DNA of 64,000 nucleotides from Candidatus Nanopelagicales bacterium (GTDB lineage Bacteria > Actinomycetota > Actinomycetes > S36-B12 > UBA5976), in assembly GCA_049428425.1 (NCBI GenBank), contig JBMTAF010000001.1:3464-67463 (forward strand). The letters run 5' to 3'. The stretch's first letter is position 1, and every line of letters begins with the position of its first letter. A program made the translations under genes and the position numbers. Shown here one piece after another: positions 19,772 through 30,054 of the stretch. The notes under the pieces were generated by a model. That model had not been told where the DNA came from. It did not search any database and saw only the letters and a list, made by a program, of their open reading frames with translations.

Positions 19772-20276
19772 TTTGATACTGCAGGTAGTACTTGCCGCGC
19801 GCAACATATCCATCAGCGTTTTCGACAAACTGACCTTCGGCAACTGAATCAAGTTTTAATTTTGCTGGCACACCTAATGCCATTGCATAGGAGGGAACCT
19901 CCATGCTTCCGGGCACTAGAGCATTTGCGCCAACGAGCGAATTTCTTCTTACGATTGCGCCGGGTAGCAAAGTTGAGCCAGAACCAATTAGGCAATCATC
20001 TTCTACGGTGCAGCCCTCTAGATGCGTGTTGTGACCAACTGTTACTCGATCGCCAACTTTGGTAGGTAGCTCATCGGTATTGTGAATGATGCAGCCGTCT
20101 TGTATTGAAGTTCGCTCGCCAACATATATCCCGGCACCATCGCCGCGTAGCACCGCGCTAGGCCAGACGGTGCTTTCAGCGCCGATCACCACTTTCCCAA
20201 TCAGGACGGCATCCGGATGGACAAAAGCGTTCGGGTGGATCTGGGGCTCGTGCTCCCCAAGGCGGTATAGCGGCAT
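19758..20276 (-). CDS. Gamma-class carbonic anhydrase family protein (hexapeptide/LbH)
   Basis: 172 aa left-handed beta-helix hexapeptide repeats with the typical N-terminal P.IHP.AFVHP.A.LIG.V pattern. Confidence 0.8.
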   Translation of the reverse strand: MPLYRLGEHEPQIHPNAFVHPDAVLIGKVVIGAESTVWPSAVLRGDGAGIYVGERTSIQDGCIIHNTDELPTKVGDRVTVGHNTHLEGCTVEDDCLIGSGSTLLPGAIVRRNSLVGANALVPGSMEVPSYAMALGVPAKLKLDSVAEGQFVENADGYVARGKYYLQYQTRVD

Positions 20277-20393
20277 ATTTGCTCCTTTACTGACCTATTT
20301 TGGCGGGTGAGAGTGCCTTTTGTCGCTAGTTGTGGCACTATCCGCCCGCAACCAGGATTCACCCCACGGCTTTATTCCTATAGGAGAGCGCCA

Positions 20394-20696
20394 ATGGCAA
20401 CCGATTACGACGCACCGCGCAAGACGGATGAAGAGTTAGCCGAGGATTCCCTCGAGGAACTCAAGCAGCGGCACGCAGAAGCAGCACAAGCAGCTGCGGT
20501 TGATGTTGATGAAGCTGAATTAGCTGAAGTTATGGAACTGCCTGGCGCAGATCTGTCAGATCAGACATTGAGTGTGCTGGTGGTACCGAAGCAAGATGGT
20601 GAGTTCACCTGTTCTCGTTGCTTCTTGGTGCATCAACGCAGTGCACTTAGTCGAGAAGTTAACGGTCAGATGTATTGTCGAGATTGCGATCTTTAG
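20394..20696 (+). CDS. DUF4193 family protein
   Basis: MATDYDAPRK... acidic N-terminus and C-terminal CSRCFLVH...CRDC zinc-ribbon. ATG at 20394 is preceded by AGGAGAG; the ORF track starts at 20307. Confidence 0.7.
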   Translation: MATDYDAPRKTDEELAEDSLEELKQRHAEAAQAAAVDVDEAELAEVMELPGADLSDQTLSVLVVPKQDGEFTCSRCFLVHQRSALSREVNGQMYCRDCDL

Positions 20697-21144
20697 TTAA
20701 CGCTTGAATTAACTCCTGCGGATTTCTAGTGGCGATAAGCCACACACGGTATGGATCTCGTGGATCTGTTATCTCGATTCTGAGGTACTTTTTGGCGGTG
20801 TTGGTTCCTAAAACTAAATCGGTTGCTTTAAGTGACGTTCGAAACTGCATGTGATCAATAATTGATAATGCGCCGATTAGATCTAGTGGCAATCGATATC
20901 GACCCACTTCGAGTTGCTGATTTACTTTTATCCAATGTGATTGATTAAGTAGATAAATCAGCGTTAGCCCAATGATGAAAGTGCCGGCCGCTATTCCAGT
21001 TACCAGATCTGTGGCGTACCAAGTAGCCACACCGAGCACTAGGCCTGCCACTAAGCCAAACCCAACAATCGCTGGCGATGGCAGCACTAACTCTCGATAA
21101 CGGCGGTTCATAGGTGCATCTTGCCAGTCTTTTTTCTGAAACAA
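20659..21144 (-). CDS. DUF3093 family membrane protein
   Basis: Two N-terminal TM helices and the conserved position next to dut in actinobacteria. Confidence 0.6.
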   Translation of the reverse strand: MFQKKDWQDAPMNRRYRELVLPSPAIVGFGLVAGLVLGVATWYATDLVTGIAAGTFIIGLTLIYLLNQSHWIKVNQQLEVGRYRLPLDLIGALSIIDHMQFRTSLKATDLVLGTNTAKKYLRIEITDPRDPYRVWLIATRNPQELIQALTKDRNLDNTSDR

Positions 21145-21177
21145 TCTATAAGGTGGTGCCTGGTTGGAAGGAGTCGG

Positions 21178-21618
21178 ATGCTGATTCTGGTCAAGAAGCT
21201 AGTCCCGGATGTGCCGCTGCCTAGCTTTGCTCATCCCGGAGATGCTGGTGCGGACTTAGTTTCAACTGAGCATCTGGAATTAAAGCCGGGCGAACGAGCT
21301 TTGGTTCCAACCGGAATTAGCATTGCGCTACCAGCTGGATTGGTGGCTTACGTGATGCCGCGATCTGGTTTGGCGATTAAGCATGGTGTTACCGTGCTGA
21401 ATGCGCCTGGCACAATTGATGCTGGGTACCGAGGTGAAATAAAAGTCCCGCTAATCAATCTAGATCCGTCAAATTCCTACACTATTAATAAGTTCGATCG
21501 AATCGCACAATTAACCATTCAGCAGTTAGCTGAGGTTCGGTTTGTGCTCGCTGAAACTTTGCCAGATAGTCATCGTGGCGATGGTGGATTTGGTTCAACC
21601 GGAGTTAAAAGCAAATGA
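21178..21618 (+). CDS. dut: dUTP diphosphatase
   Basis: Motifs GDAGADL, PRSGLAIKHG, GTIDAGYRGEI and GFGSTG. ATG at 21178 follows GGAAGGAG. Confidence 0.9.
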   Translation: MLILVKKLVPDVPLPSFAHPGDAGADLVSTEHLELKPGERALVPTGISIALPAGLVAYVMPRSGLAIKHGVTVLNAPGTIDAGYRGEIKVPLINLDPSNSYTINKFDRIAQLTIQQLAEVRFVLAETLPDSHRGDGGFGSTGVKSK

Positions 21619-21720
21619 ACCGAAATTTTCCTTGCTATCAATTAAATTCAGTTTGGAATAATGCATCAACTGTAATCGCTCTGTTGCCTAACTCAAATTA
21701 CCTTCAAGCTAAGGAATCAG

Positions 21721-22341
21721 GTGAGCGAACCAAAAGAAGTTGATGACGCTTCAGTATTGATGAAACGCGCTTTAGGTGGCTGGCGCGGTTTTATCGCAAC
21801 GGCGCTACCAAGTTTGGTATTTGTCCTAGTTTGGGTATTTACCTACGACCTGAATCGATCCTTAATTTATGCGCTAGTTACTGCGGCAATTAGCGCTGTG
21901 GTCCAGTTAGTGTTGCGAGATACGCTGCAGCATGTAATTAACGGATTAATTGGAATAGCAATATCAGCTGCAGCCGCGAAATTTACCGGTAAACCAGAGG
22001 ATGCATTTTTGCCAGGATTAGTAATAAATGTTTCCTATGGATTGGTGTATTTCATCGGCCAATTAATCAAAAAGCCAATCCTGGGATTTGTTGTCGGTGG
22101 ATTACTAGGTGACTTAACTAGTTGGTTGAAAGATCCAGCAAAAGTTAAAGCTGCTTGGATTGCCGGCTGGTTCTGGGTTGGCCTATTTGTAATACGAATG
22201 GTGATACAAACTCCGCTCTATTTGGCTGGCGAGGTTGCAGCGCTTGGTTTTGCTCGGGTAATAATGGGATGGCCAGGATTTCTTTTGGTATCAGCACTCA
22301 GTTATAAAGTGATGCGACCGGCATTCACTCGGAAAATCTAG
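21721..22341 (+). CDS. DUF3159 family membrane protein
   Basis: 206 aa multi-TM protein in the conserved position downstream of dut. Confidence 0.6.
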   Translation: MSEPKEVDDASVLMKRALGGWRGFIATALPSLVFVLVWVFTYDLNRSLIYALVTAAISAVVQLVLRDTLQHVINGLIGIAISAAAAKFTGKPEDAFLPGLVINVSYGLVYFIGQLIKKPILGFVVGGLLGDLTSWLKDPAKVKAAWIAGWFWVGLFVIRMVIQTPLYLAGEVAALGFARVIMGWPGFLLVSALSYKVMRPAFTRKI

Positions 22342-22463
22342 CTTGTGCTAATGTCAAGAATATTCGAATCGCTGAAATCTAAAGTATTCATTACCTTCAA
22401 TTCAGCTTTGTCGCTTGGCGAAAATCAGAAAGTACTTATTTCAATTGATTTCTTGGAAAAGCG

Positions 22464-23609
22464 TTGATTGCAACGGTAGAAGTACTCAGATATGCCGCCG
22501 GTGGCAACTGTGTTGCCAGACATGATGGCAGAGTCCTATTTATTCGAGGAGTGATTCCTGGTGAAAAAGTTGAAGTCGAAATCGAAGACTTCAATTCGTC
22601 GAAACGTTACTCAATGGCGAAGCTGCTAAACATTATTGAACCTTCGCCGCTGCGCATTGAGCCAGCCTGTAAGTATTATGGAATTTGTGGGGGATGCGAT
22701 TGGCAGCACATCGATTTAGCAGAGCAAAAGCGAATGCACTGGTTCGTATTATCTGATCAATTATCTCGAATTGGAAAACTGCAAGTTGAACCTAAACCAG
22801 TACTTACAGTTGCTGATGAATCTGGCTTTGGCTACCGCACCCGAATGAGATTTGCCGTGAGCGATAGCGGGAAATTGGCAATGCGTCAGATTCGAAGCAA
22901 TGATCTTGTTGAGATTGATAGTTGTCTGATTGCTAGCGAAAAGATCGATGAAGTGACTAAATTGAATTGGCCACCAAGCACTGAGGTAATAATTACGCAA
23001 GGTGCTGATGAAGTCTTGGTATTGACCGAACGAATCGGTGCGCCGGAGATCACATATCGAAATAAATTCGGTGAGTGGCGGGCGCCGGCGGGTGAATTTT
23101 GGCAGGTCCACCAGATGGCACCAGAGACATTGATTTCGCAAGTGCTAAACGTGTTGCAACCCTCGCCAGGAGATGTCATCGCAGATCTTTATTCTGGCGT
23201 TGGTTTGTTTGCACAACCAATTGCGAAGAAAGTTACCGACGCTGGCAGTGTGGTCGCAGTAGAGTTTGATCAACCTGCCCATTTAAGTGCGATTAAGAAT
23301 TTATCGCTGTTCCCGTGGGCAACCGCGATTAACTCAGATGTCGCGCAATATTTGAAATCCGCCAGCGGATTTAACAAAGCAGTAGTAGACCCGCCGCGAG
23401 CTGGCCTTAATAAGTCGGTGATTACGTCATTGAGCAATATGGTGAGTCTGCAAAAACTCTGTTATGTCAGTTGTGACGCTGGCACTTTGGCTAGGGATCT
23501 GCGTGATTTTGTAGATTTGGGCTGGCAGATTGAATCAGTCCAGCCGCTCCTTCTCTTTCCGATGACGTCACACTTGGAGACGGTAGTCTCTCTTAGTAAA
23601 TTGTCTTGA
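22464..23609 (+). CDS. TRAM-domain class I SAM-dependent RNA (uracil-5) methyltransferase (TrmA/RlmD family)
   Basis: N-terminal TRAM-like segment, Cys cluster CKYYGICGGCDWQH, and SAM-MTase motifs DLYSGVG and VVDPPRAG. Confidence 0.8.
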   Translation: MIATVEVLRYAAGGNCVARHDGRVLFIRGVIPGEKVEVEIEDFNSSKRYSMAKLLNIIEPSPLRIEPACKYYGICGGCDWQHIDLAEQKRMHWFVLSDQLSRIGKLQVEPKPVLTVADESGFGYRTRMRFAVSDSGKLAMRQIRSNDLVEIDSCLIASEKIDEVTKLNWPPSTEVIITQGADEVLVLTERIGAPEITYRNKFGEWRAPAGEFWQVHQMAPETLISQVLNVLQPSPGDVIADLYSGVGLFAQPIAKKVTDAGSVVAVEFDQPAHLSAIKNLSLFPWATAINSDVAQYLKSASGFNKAVVDPPRAGLNKSVITSLSNMVSLQKLCYVSCDAGTLARDLRDFVDLGWQIESVQPLLLFPMTSHLETVVSLSKLS

Positions 23610-23649
23610 TATCAAGATAAATCGCCACTAAGATTTGGTCGGAGGAAAA

Positions 23650-26313
23650 ATGGCATCGAAAAATTCCCTTGGCGCAAAGCGCACGCTGACCGTTGGGACA
23701 GCAGAGCACACATATTACTCAATCTTGGAGATCCCCGGCGCCGAGACTTTGCCATTTAGTTTAAAAGTGCTGTTGGAAAATTTGCTTCGTACGGAAGATG
23801 GAGCAAATGTAACCAAAGCCCAGATCGAGTCGCTGGCTAATTGGGATCCTTCAGCTGAACCTGATGTGGAAATCCAATTCACTCCAGCTCGAGTAATTAT
23901 GCAGGACTTTACAGGCGTTCCTTGCGTGGTAGACCTCGCGACGATGCGTGAAGCGGTAACTCAACTTGGTGGCAATCCCGACCGCGTAAATCCATTAGCA
24001 CCGGCTGAACTGGTGATTGATCATTCGGTAATTGTGGATTATTTTAATCGGCCAGATGCCGCTGAGTTAAATGTTAAATTGGAATATGAACGCAACAGCG
24101 AAAGATATAAATTCTTACGTTGGGGGCAAGGTGCATTTGATGAGTTCAAAGTAGTACCACCTGGAACTGGAATTGTGCACCAAGTAAATATTGAGCATTT
24201 GGCCAGAGTCGTAATGTCTCGAAATGGTGAGATATTTCCAGATACTTGTGTTGGTACGGACTCACACACCACTATGGTCAATGGCTTAGGCGTTCTCGGC
24301 TGGGGCGTCGGTGGCATCGAGGCAGAAGCTGCCATGTTAGGTCAGCCAGTTTCAATGTTAATTCCGCGAGTAGTTGGTTTCAAGTTGCGAGGTGCTCTTA
24401 AACCTGGGGTTACCGCAACCGACTTGGTTTTGGTTATTACCGAAATGCTCAGAGAGCACAAGGTAGTTGGAAAGTTTGTTGAGTTCTATGGCGATGGCGT
24501 AGCGCAGGTGCCGTTAGCAAATCGCGCAACCATCGGAAACATGAGTCCAGAATATGGTTCAACCGTAGCGATCTTCCCAATTGATCAAGAAACGCTTGAC
24601 TATTTGACGCTAACTGGTCGCAGTAACGAACAAGTTGAATTGGTTTCTGCGTACGCAAAAGCGCAAGGACTCTGGCATGATCCGACAAAAGAAGCTCGAT
24701 ACTCAGAATATATTGAGCTCGACTTGGCAACTGTAGAGCCATCAATTGCTGGACCGAAACGACCTCAAGATCGAATTCTGCTGAAGAATGCTAAGCAAAC
24801 ATTCAGCGAAATATTGCCCAGCTATACCAACAATGCTTCGGCGACGGAACAAGTTACAACTGAAGGTAAATCTGTTTCTTTGACGCACGGAAAAGTTGTG
24901 GTAGCAGCAATTACCTCATGTACAAATACTTCAAACCCAGAAGTCATGCTAGGCGCAGGCTTACTAGCTAAGAAGGCTGTCGCTAGAGGGCTGACCAGGG
25001 CACCTTGGGTTAAAACTTCACTTGCCCCAGGTTCCCAGGTTGTTACAGATTATTTGGCCAAAGCAGGTGTTACGCCAGCTCTTAACGAGTTAGGTTTTGA
25101 TCTTGTTGGTTACGGTTGCACTACCTGTATTGGAAATTCTGGCCCATTGCCCGCTGAGATAAGTCAGGCCGTTCAAGATGGCGATTTGGCTGTAGCTGCA
25201 GTATTGAGTGGAAATCGAAACTTTGAAGGTCGAATCAATCCAGATGTAAAGCTAAATTTTCTAGCAAGCCCATTACTGGTAGTGGCATACGCAATTGCTG
25301 GCAGCATGGATGTCGACCTTACTTCCGAGCCAATTGGTTTTGATTCGACTGGAAAGCCAGTGATGTTAGCTGAGATCTGGCCTACTACACAGGAAATCCA
25401 GGCAGTGATTGCTGACTCGATTGATGTTGACTTATTTGTTAACCGATATAAAGACGTCTTCAAGGGCGATCAAAATTGGCAGCAGTTACCCACACCGGCT
25501 GGAAAAGTATTTGAATGGGATGCGAAATCAACCTATGTGAGAAAGCCCCCATACTTTGATGAAATGGAGCTAGCTCTAACACCAGTTACGGATATCAGCA
25601 ACGCAAGGGTTCTGGCAAAATTGGGCGATTCAGTCACCACTGATCACATTTCCCCAGCAGGCAGCATCAAAAAGGATTCTCCAGCAGGTAAATATCTGAT
25701 GGAAAATGGCGTTGATTTTAAAGACTTCAACTCCTATGGCTCTCGCCGTGGCAATCATGAGGTAATGATCCGAGGAACGTTTGCGAATATCCGACTCAAG
25801 AACGAATTGGCGGATGGCAAAGAAGGTGGCTTTACTAAGGATTTCACCAAGACGGAGCAACCCGTTGTTGCAATTTATGATGCGGCACAAGCATATGCCG
25901 CTGCAGAAATTCCATTAGTAGTGCTTGCTGGAAAAGAGTATGGTTCTGGCTCATCTCGCGACTGGGCAGCAAAAGGAACGGCACTGCTTGGGGTTAAAGC
26001 GGTAATTGCTGAATCTTATGAGCGAATTCACCGATCTAATCTAGTTGGAATGGGTGTATTGCCGTTGCAGTACATTGACGGACAAGATGCTAAAACTTTA
26101 GGTCTTTCTGGCGATGAGTCATTTTCGATAAGTGGCATAACTGAATTGAATGACGGCACTACACCAAAGCAAGTAAAGGTAGTTGCAACTAAACCTAATG
26201 GAACTCATATTGAGTTTAATTGTTTGGTGAGAATTGATACACCTAGAGAAGCTGACTATTATCGCAATGGTGGAATTCTGCAGTACGTTTTGCGAAACTT
26301 AGTTAGCCAATAA
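23650..26313 (+). CDS. acnA: Aconitate hydratase A
   Basis: [15 protein letters not shown] and [10 protein letters not shown] Fe-S ligand motifs, about 887 aa. ATG at 23650 follows GGAGG. Confidence 0.95.
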   Translation: MASKNSLGAKRTLTVGTAEHTYYSILEIPGAETLPFSLKVLLENLLRTEDGANVTKAQIESLANWDPSAEPDVEIQFTPARVIMQDFTGVPCVVDLATMREAVTQLGGNPDRVNPLAPAELVIDHSVIVDYFNRPDAAELNVKLEYERNSERYKFLRWGQGAFDEFKVVPPGTGIVHQVNIEHLARVVMSRNGEIFPDTCVGTDSHTTMVNGLGVLGWGVGGIEAEAAMLGQPVSMLIPRVVGFKLRGALKPGVTATDLVLVITEMLREHKVVGKFVEFYGDGVAQVPLANRATIGNMSPEYGSTVAIFPIDQETLDYLTLTGRSNEQVELVSAYAKAQGLWHDPTKEARYSEYIELDLATVEPSIAGPKRPQDRILLKNAKQTFSEILPSYTNNASATEQVTTEGKSVSLTHGKVVVAAITSCTNTSNPEVMLGAGLLAKKAVARGLTRAPWVKTSLAPGSQVVTDYLAKAGVTPALNELGFDLVGYGCTTCIGNSGPLPAEISQAVQDGDLAVAAVLSGNRNFEGRINPDVKLNFLASPLLVVAYAIAGSMDVDLTSEPIGFDSTGKPVMLAEIWPTTQEIQAVIADSIDVDLFVNRYKDVFKGDQNWQQLPTPAGKVFEWDAKSTYVRKPPYFDEMELALTPVTDISNARVLAKLGDSVTTDHISPAGSIKKDSPAGKYLMENGVDFKDFNSYGSRRGNHEVMIRGTFANIRLKNELADGKEGGFTKDFTKTEQPVVAIYDAAQAYAAAEIPLVVLAGKEYGSGSSRDWAAKGTALLGVKAVIAESYERIHRSNLVGMGVLPLQYIDGQDAKTLGLSGDESFSISGITELNDGTTPKQVKVVATKPNGTHIEFNCLVRIDTPREADYYRNGGILQYVLRNLVSQ

Positions 26314-27058
26314 CAGCCGGAAGATTCTGCACTAACAGATAGATTGCAACACTAGTTACAATCAACGCAAAGATTCGCTGCAGTGTTTTAGCGTTTAATT
26401 TGGTCGCTAAAGGGGATAGCAGCGTCGAAGCAGCTATTGCGGCAATAGTAAACAGCGCAATTTCGAATGCGGGTATTTCAGTCCAATAATTAAAACGAAG
26501 CAAGAAAGCAATCACCGAATTTCCTGTAATCGCAACCAGTGAAGTTCCAACTGCGGTTTTCGTGGGCACTTTAAGAAACAAAACTAATGCTGGAACGATC
26601 AGAAAGCCGCCACCGATACCAAGCAGGCCAGTTAATACCCCGACGCCAGTTGCAGCTGCTACGACGGCGGACCAATTTGGTTTATCAGAAGTCGAATCCT
26701 TTACCTCTCGACAGCACATTGCATATGCTGAACTAAACATCAGCAGCGCAAAGATAGTTAGCAGTAGTTCGTCAGGGATGAATCTGAGCAGCCAGGTTCC
26801 AAAGAAGGTGCCTAGTAAACCTAGTGCTGAGAAAATCAGTCCTATCTTTATTTTGATTTGACCTGATCTTCTTCGACGCAACACACCTGCTATGGCTGCA
26901 GATCCCACGATAATTGTTGAGCTGGTTGTTGCAGCGGTGGCAGATAGACCTAATGCCGCAACTAATCCAGGCACTGCCAGAATCGCACCACCGGCGCCAA
27001 CCAGACCCAATACTGCGCCAACAATTACGCCGAGCAGTAAACCAAACAAAATGGTCAT
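26303..27058 (-). CDS. TauE/SafE family sulfite exporter
   Basis: 251 aa, 7-8 TM, Gly-rich helices ([26 protein letters not shown]) typical of TauE/SafE. Confidence 0.85.
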   Translation of the reverse strand: MTILFGLLLGVIVGAVLGLVGAGGAILAVPGLVAALGLSATAATTSSTIIVGSAAIAGVLRRRRSGQIKIKIGLIFSALGLLGTFFGTWLLRFIPDELLLTIFALLMFSSAYAMCCREVKDSTSDKPNWSAVVAAATGVGVLTGLLGIGGGFLIVPALVLFLKVPTKTAVGTSLVAITGNSVIAFLLRFNYWTEIPAFEIALFTIAAIAASTLLSPLATKLNAKTLQRIFALIVTSVAIYLLVQNLPAVIG

Positions 27059-27061
27059 TTA

Positions 27062-27391
27062 TTAAGCAACCTGCGGATTGCCAGAATCTGCAACTATTGG
27101 CAGCCCTGCCGCATGCCAGGCTTTCATCCCACCTTCTAGATTCAAGATGTTCATCCCGGTAGGCGACAGTGCATCACATACTTGCCCTGATCGATTGCCA
27201 GATCGACAGATGAAAATGATGGGTTTATCTGTCTTTAATTTCTCTAAACTGAATTCACTTAGTGAATTCAGTTCAACGCCAGCAATATGGCCGGCATCCC
27301 ATTCATTCTTCTCGCGAACATCAACGCCATACGCTGTGCCAGCTTCCAGCATTTTTATAGCTTCTGTTGGTGAGATTAGATTCATTTTCAC
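27062..27391 (-). CDS. Single-domain rhodanese sulfurtransferase
   Basis: Active-site loop CRSGNRSG, 109 aa. Confidence 0.85.
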   Translation of the reverse strand: MKMNLISPTEAIKMLEAGTAYGVDVREKNEWDAGHIAGVELNSLSEFSLEKLKTDKPIIFICRSGNRSGQVCDALSPTGMNILNLEGGMKAWHAAGLPIVADSGNPQVA

Positions 27392-28797
27392 TACGCCAAT
27401 GCTTTTACGTCTGACGGTGCAACTGGTCCGGCATCAGCAGCGCCGGCAACTAGTACTAATTTATCCACAGATAGCGCCTTTTCGTAAGGTTCATTAATCA
27501 GCACCACAGAGAATCCAGCATTTTCCAGGATGCTGGCAGCAATCGCGGCACGATAGGCACCGGCACAGTGAACCCAAATCGTCTTATCTATTGGTAGCTC
27601 TGAAAGTCTGGCCTGCAGTTCATGTAGCGGAATGTGCGAACTGCCAGCGATGTGTGAAGCTTCTCGTTCGCTATTTCTTCTAACATCTAGAACTAAAATA
27701 TCTGCATTATCAATAATCTCTGGTACATCACTAAATTTGACCAATTTAGTTTCCTTTAAGTTTTCCATTTTTGCAATATCACCCACAAAACTACCGCTTG
27801 GGCGATCAATTCCAATTCTCACCAATTCGCGTTGTGCTAGTGCGATTTCATCAGGCTGATCGGAAATCAGAATCAATTCACTCTCGTAAGGGAATAACCA
27901 GCCTAGGTAGGTTGCAAAAGATCCAGTAACACCAAAATTAATTGTGCCTGGCAGGTGCCCGGCAGCCCAAGAATCTTTATTACGAAGGTCAACCACCCAG
28001 TTATTGTTAGAAATAGCTGTTAGTAATTCAGCGGTGCTCATTCGACGCAGTTCAGATAGATCAATTGGACCTGGTCCGGCATGGTTTGCAGGTCCCATAT
28101 GCTTGTAGTAAGCAGGAAATGCATCTAGACCAGCAAGCGTTTCACTCACGAAACGCTCAACCGTCATCAGGAGCGCTGGGTTTAGCCGCTTCTCATCACC
28201 AATAGTTGAAGAGGTGCCAGAGGTTGATGTCGCTGCGCAGAATGAGCCAAAGCCATGCGTTGGATAGATTGGCGTTTGGTCACTTAGTAATTCAACAATG
28301 CGGTGAGCTGATCCGTGTTGTAGTTTGGCTAGTTCAGCTGCGTGATCTGGACCTAGTAAGTCAGGCCTGCCAGTAGACCCATGAAGTAATGAACCGCCCG
28401 TAAAGATTCCTTGGTAGTTTCCATTTCCATCAGCTAGCAGGTAAGACAGATGGGTAAAGGTGTGACCAGGGGTGTGGATCGCTTTAATACCAAAAGTTCC
28501 AATGCTGAATTCATCCAAATCTGAAGCTGCGACTCGCTCGAACGAAACTGGATCAGCTGCACTAGTAATGTAATTTGCGCCAAAATTACGGGCGAGAACT
28601 AAGCCGCCACTGACATAATCATTATGCATATGCGTCTCAACCACCGCACCTAATTCCAAATGGTTATCAGCTAGAAGTTTTTCGACGCGATCAATATCGC
28701 GTTGCGGGTCGACTACTAGCGCAGTTTTTCCATCGTGGGCGATATAGCCGCGATCGCCTAGGGTAGGGGTATCAATACTGATTACGTTTAGAGACAT
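27391..28797 (-). CDS. MBL-fold hydrolase fused to rhodanese domains (persulfide dioxygenase-sulfurtransferase, CstB/Blh-like)
   Basis: N-terminal metallo-beta-lactamase motif THMHNDYVSGG, and two C-terminal rhodanese-like modules, the last with active-site HCAGAYR. Confidence 0.8.
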   Translation of the reverse strand: MSLNVISIDTPTLGDRGYIAHDGKTALVVDPQRDIDRVEKLLADNHLELGAVVETHMHNDYVSGGLVLARNFGANYITSAADPVSFERVAASDLDEFSIGTFGIKAIHTPGHTFTHLSYLLADGNGNYQGIFTGGSLLHGSTGRPDLLGPDHAAELAKLQHGSAHRIVELLSDQTPIYPTHGFGSFCAATSTSGTSSTIGDEKRLNPALLMTVERFVSETLAGLDAFPAYYKHMGPANHAGPGPIDLSELRRMSTAELLTAISNNNWVVDLRNKDSWAAGHLPGTINFGVTGSFATYLGWLFPYESELILISDQPDEIALAQRELVRIGIDRPSGSFVGDIAKMENLKETKLVKFSDVPEIIDNADILVLDVRRNSEREASHIAGSSHIPLHELQARLSELPIDKTIWVHCAGAYRAAIAASILENAGFSVVLINEPYEKALSVDKLVLVAGAADAGPVAPSDVKALA

Positions 28798-28824
28798 TTT
28801 GATCCTTTCTTGCTGAACCCTAGC

Positions 28825-28840
28825 ATACCCCCAGGGGTAT
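28825..28840. promoter_or_regulatory. CsoR/CstR-type operator palindrome ATACCCC-CA-GGGGTAT in the divergent promoter region
   Basis: 7-bp perfect inverted arms around a 2-bp centre. It is the only such element in the 76-bp gap between the two sulfur operons. A TATACT -10-like hexamer lies 4 bp downstream (28845-28850). Confidence 0.6.
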
Positions 28841-28873
28841 CTGCTATACTAAGCCGAGTCGAATTGGGGAAAA

Positions 28874-29362
28874 ATGCCAACTTGTTTTGCCGCGCTGAGT
28901 CAATGGCGTTTCAAGAATTGGGTAGTTGCTGCCGCAAGCAGCATTGCCACAGTGGTGATTATCGGTATTCCAACCGCCATGATTGCTAACCCAATTTTCG
29001 GCCGAGCCGTTGCTGTCACTGATTGGTCTTGGCCAGTGCTAATCGCGACTGCCATCTTGGCTGGATTATTGATTGGAAGTTACGTTGCGATAGATCCAAC
29101 GGCGACCGGCGAGCGTGAACTGAAGTTTGGCACAGCTGGTGGAATTCTTGGTTTTCTCGCCGTTGGCTGTCCAGTGTGTAACAAATTGGTTCTGATTGCG
29201 TTAGGAAGCTCTGGCGCAATGACTTATTTCGCTCCAGTCCAACCATTTTTAGGCATAGCGGGGATAGCTTTTCTGATGTATGCCCTTCGCACCAGACTCC
29301 AAAACCAAGCCGGATGCAAATTGCCAACTCAGAATCAAAAAATCAAAGCAACAACAGAATAG
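28874..29362 (+). CDS. Four-TM membrane protein with intramembrane CPVC motif
   Basis: Hydrophobicity pattern suggests 4 helices, with GFLAVGCPVCNKLVLIALG in helix 3. First gene of the operon that also encodes thioredoxin. Confidence 0.55.
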   Translation: MPTCFAALSQWRFKNWVVAAASSIATVVIIGIPTAMIANPIFGRAVAVTDWSWPVLIATAILAGLLIGSYVAIDPTATGERELKFGTAGGILGFLAVGCPVCNKLVLIALGSSGAMTYFAPVQPFLGIAGIAFLMYALRTRLQNQAGCKLPTQNQKIKATTE

Positions 29363-29369
29363 GAAACTC

Positions 29370-29738
29370 ATGGCTACTCTAGAACTAACAGCAGCAAACT
29401 TTGAAGATACGGTTACCAAAGACGGGATCACTCTGGTTGATTTTTGGGCTGAATGGTGCGGTCCTTGCCGAATGTTTGGTCCGATTTTTGAAGCAGCTTC
29501 AGAGCAGCATCCAGACATCACATTTGGCAAGGTAGATACTGAAGCCGAGCAGGGTTTAGCTGCTGCGGCAAACATAACATCAATTCCAACCCTAATGGCT
29601 TTCCGAGATGGCATTTTGGTCTTTGCTCAACCTGGAGCTCTGCCAGCAGCGTCACTTCAAAGTTTAATTGATGGTGTCAAAGCACTTGATATGGATGAGA
29701 TCAGAAAAGAAATTGCTCAGGAGCAATCGAATGGCTAA
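29370..29738 (+). CDS. trxA: Thioredoxin
   Basis: WAEWCGPCRMFGP active site, 122 aa. ATG at 29370 is preferred over the 29280 start, which overlaps the upstream gene. Confidence 0.9.
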   Translation: MATLELTAANFEDTVTKDGITLVDFWAEWCGPCRMFGPIFEAASEQHPDITFGKVDTEAEQGLAAAANITSIPTLMAFRDGILVFAQPGALPAASLQSLIDGVKALDMDEIRKEIAQEQSNG

Positions 29739-30042
29739 GTCAAGAATTGCAAATCAAAATCAAGAAATTGACAGTTACACTCTTCAAGACGAAGTTCAAC
29801 TAAAAGACATAATCAAACGAATTAATCGAGCCCATGGACAATTGGGAGCGGTAACTAGGATGCTTGAAGAAGGTAAAGATTGTGAAGCGGTGATTACTCA
29901 AATTGCTGCGGTTAGTAAAGCGATCAATTCTGCAGCATTTATGTTGATTTCATCCAGCCTCAAGGAATGCATGATTGAAGGCGAGCGAGATACCGAAGAG
30001 GTCTCTGCCAAATTGCAGAAGTTATTTTTAAGTTTAGCCTAA
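29731..30042 (+). CDS. CsoR/RcnR-family repressor, CstR-like (non-metal, persulfide-sensing type)
   Basis: RINRAHGQLGAVTRMLEEGKDC...KEC. The two Cys are 29 residues apart, and the position of the CsoR Cu-ligand His (C+25) is Ser. The start overlaps the trxA stop (ATGGCTAA). Confidence 0.75.
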   Translation: MAKSRIANQNQEIDSYTLQDEVQLKDIIKRINRAHGQLGAVTRMLEEGKDCEAVITQIAAVSKAINSAAFMLISSSLKECMIEGERDTEEVSAKLQKLFLSLA

Positions 30043-30054
30043 TTAAGGAGAGAG

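Noticed and set aside
29280-29369. Long N-terminal extensions offered by the ORF track (29280 for trxA, 29668 for the CstR-like gene, 20307 for DUF4193, 21121 for dut, 41263 for murD, 47921 for ftsQ, 59334 for rluD)
   Set aside because: The extensions overlap the upstream genes and add non-homologous residues. Internal ATG or GTG codons with good Shine-Dalgarno spacing give proteins that begin where the families normally begin.
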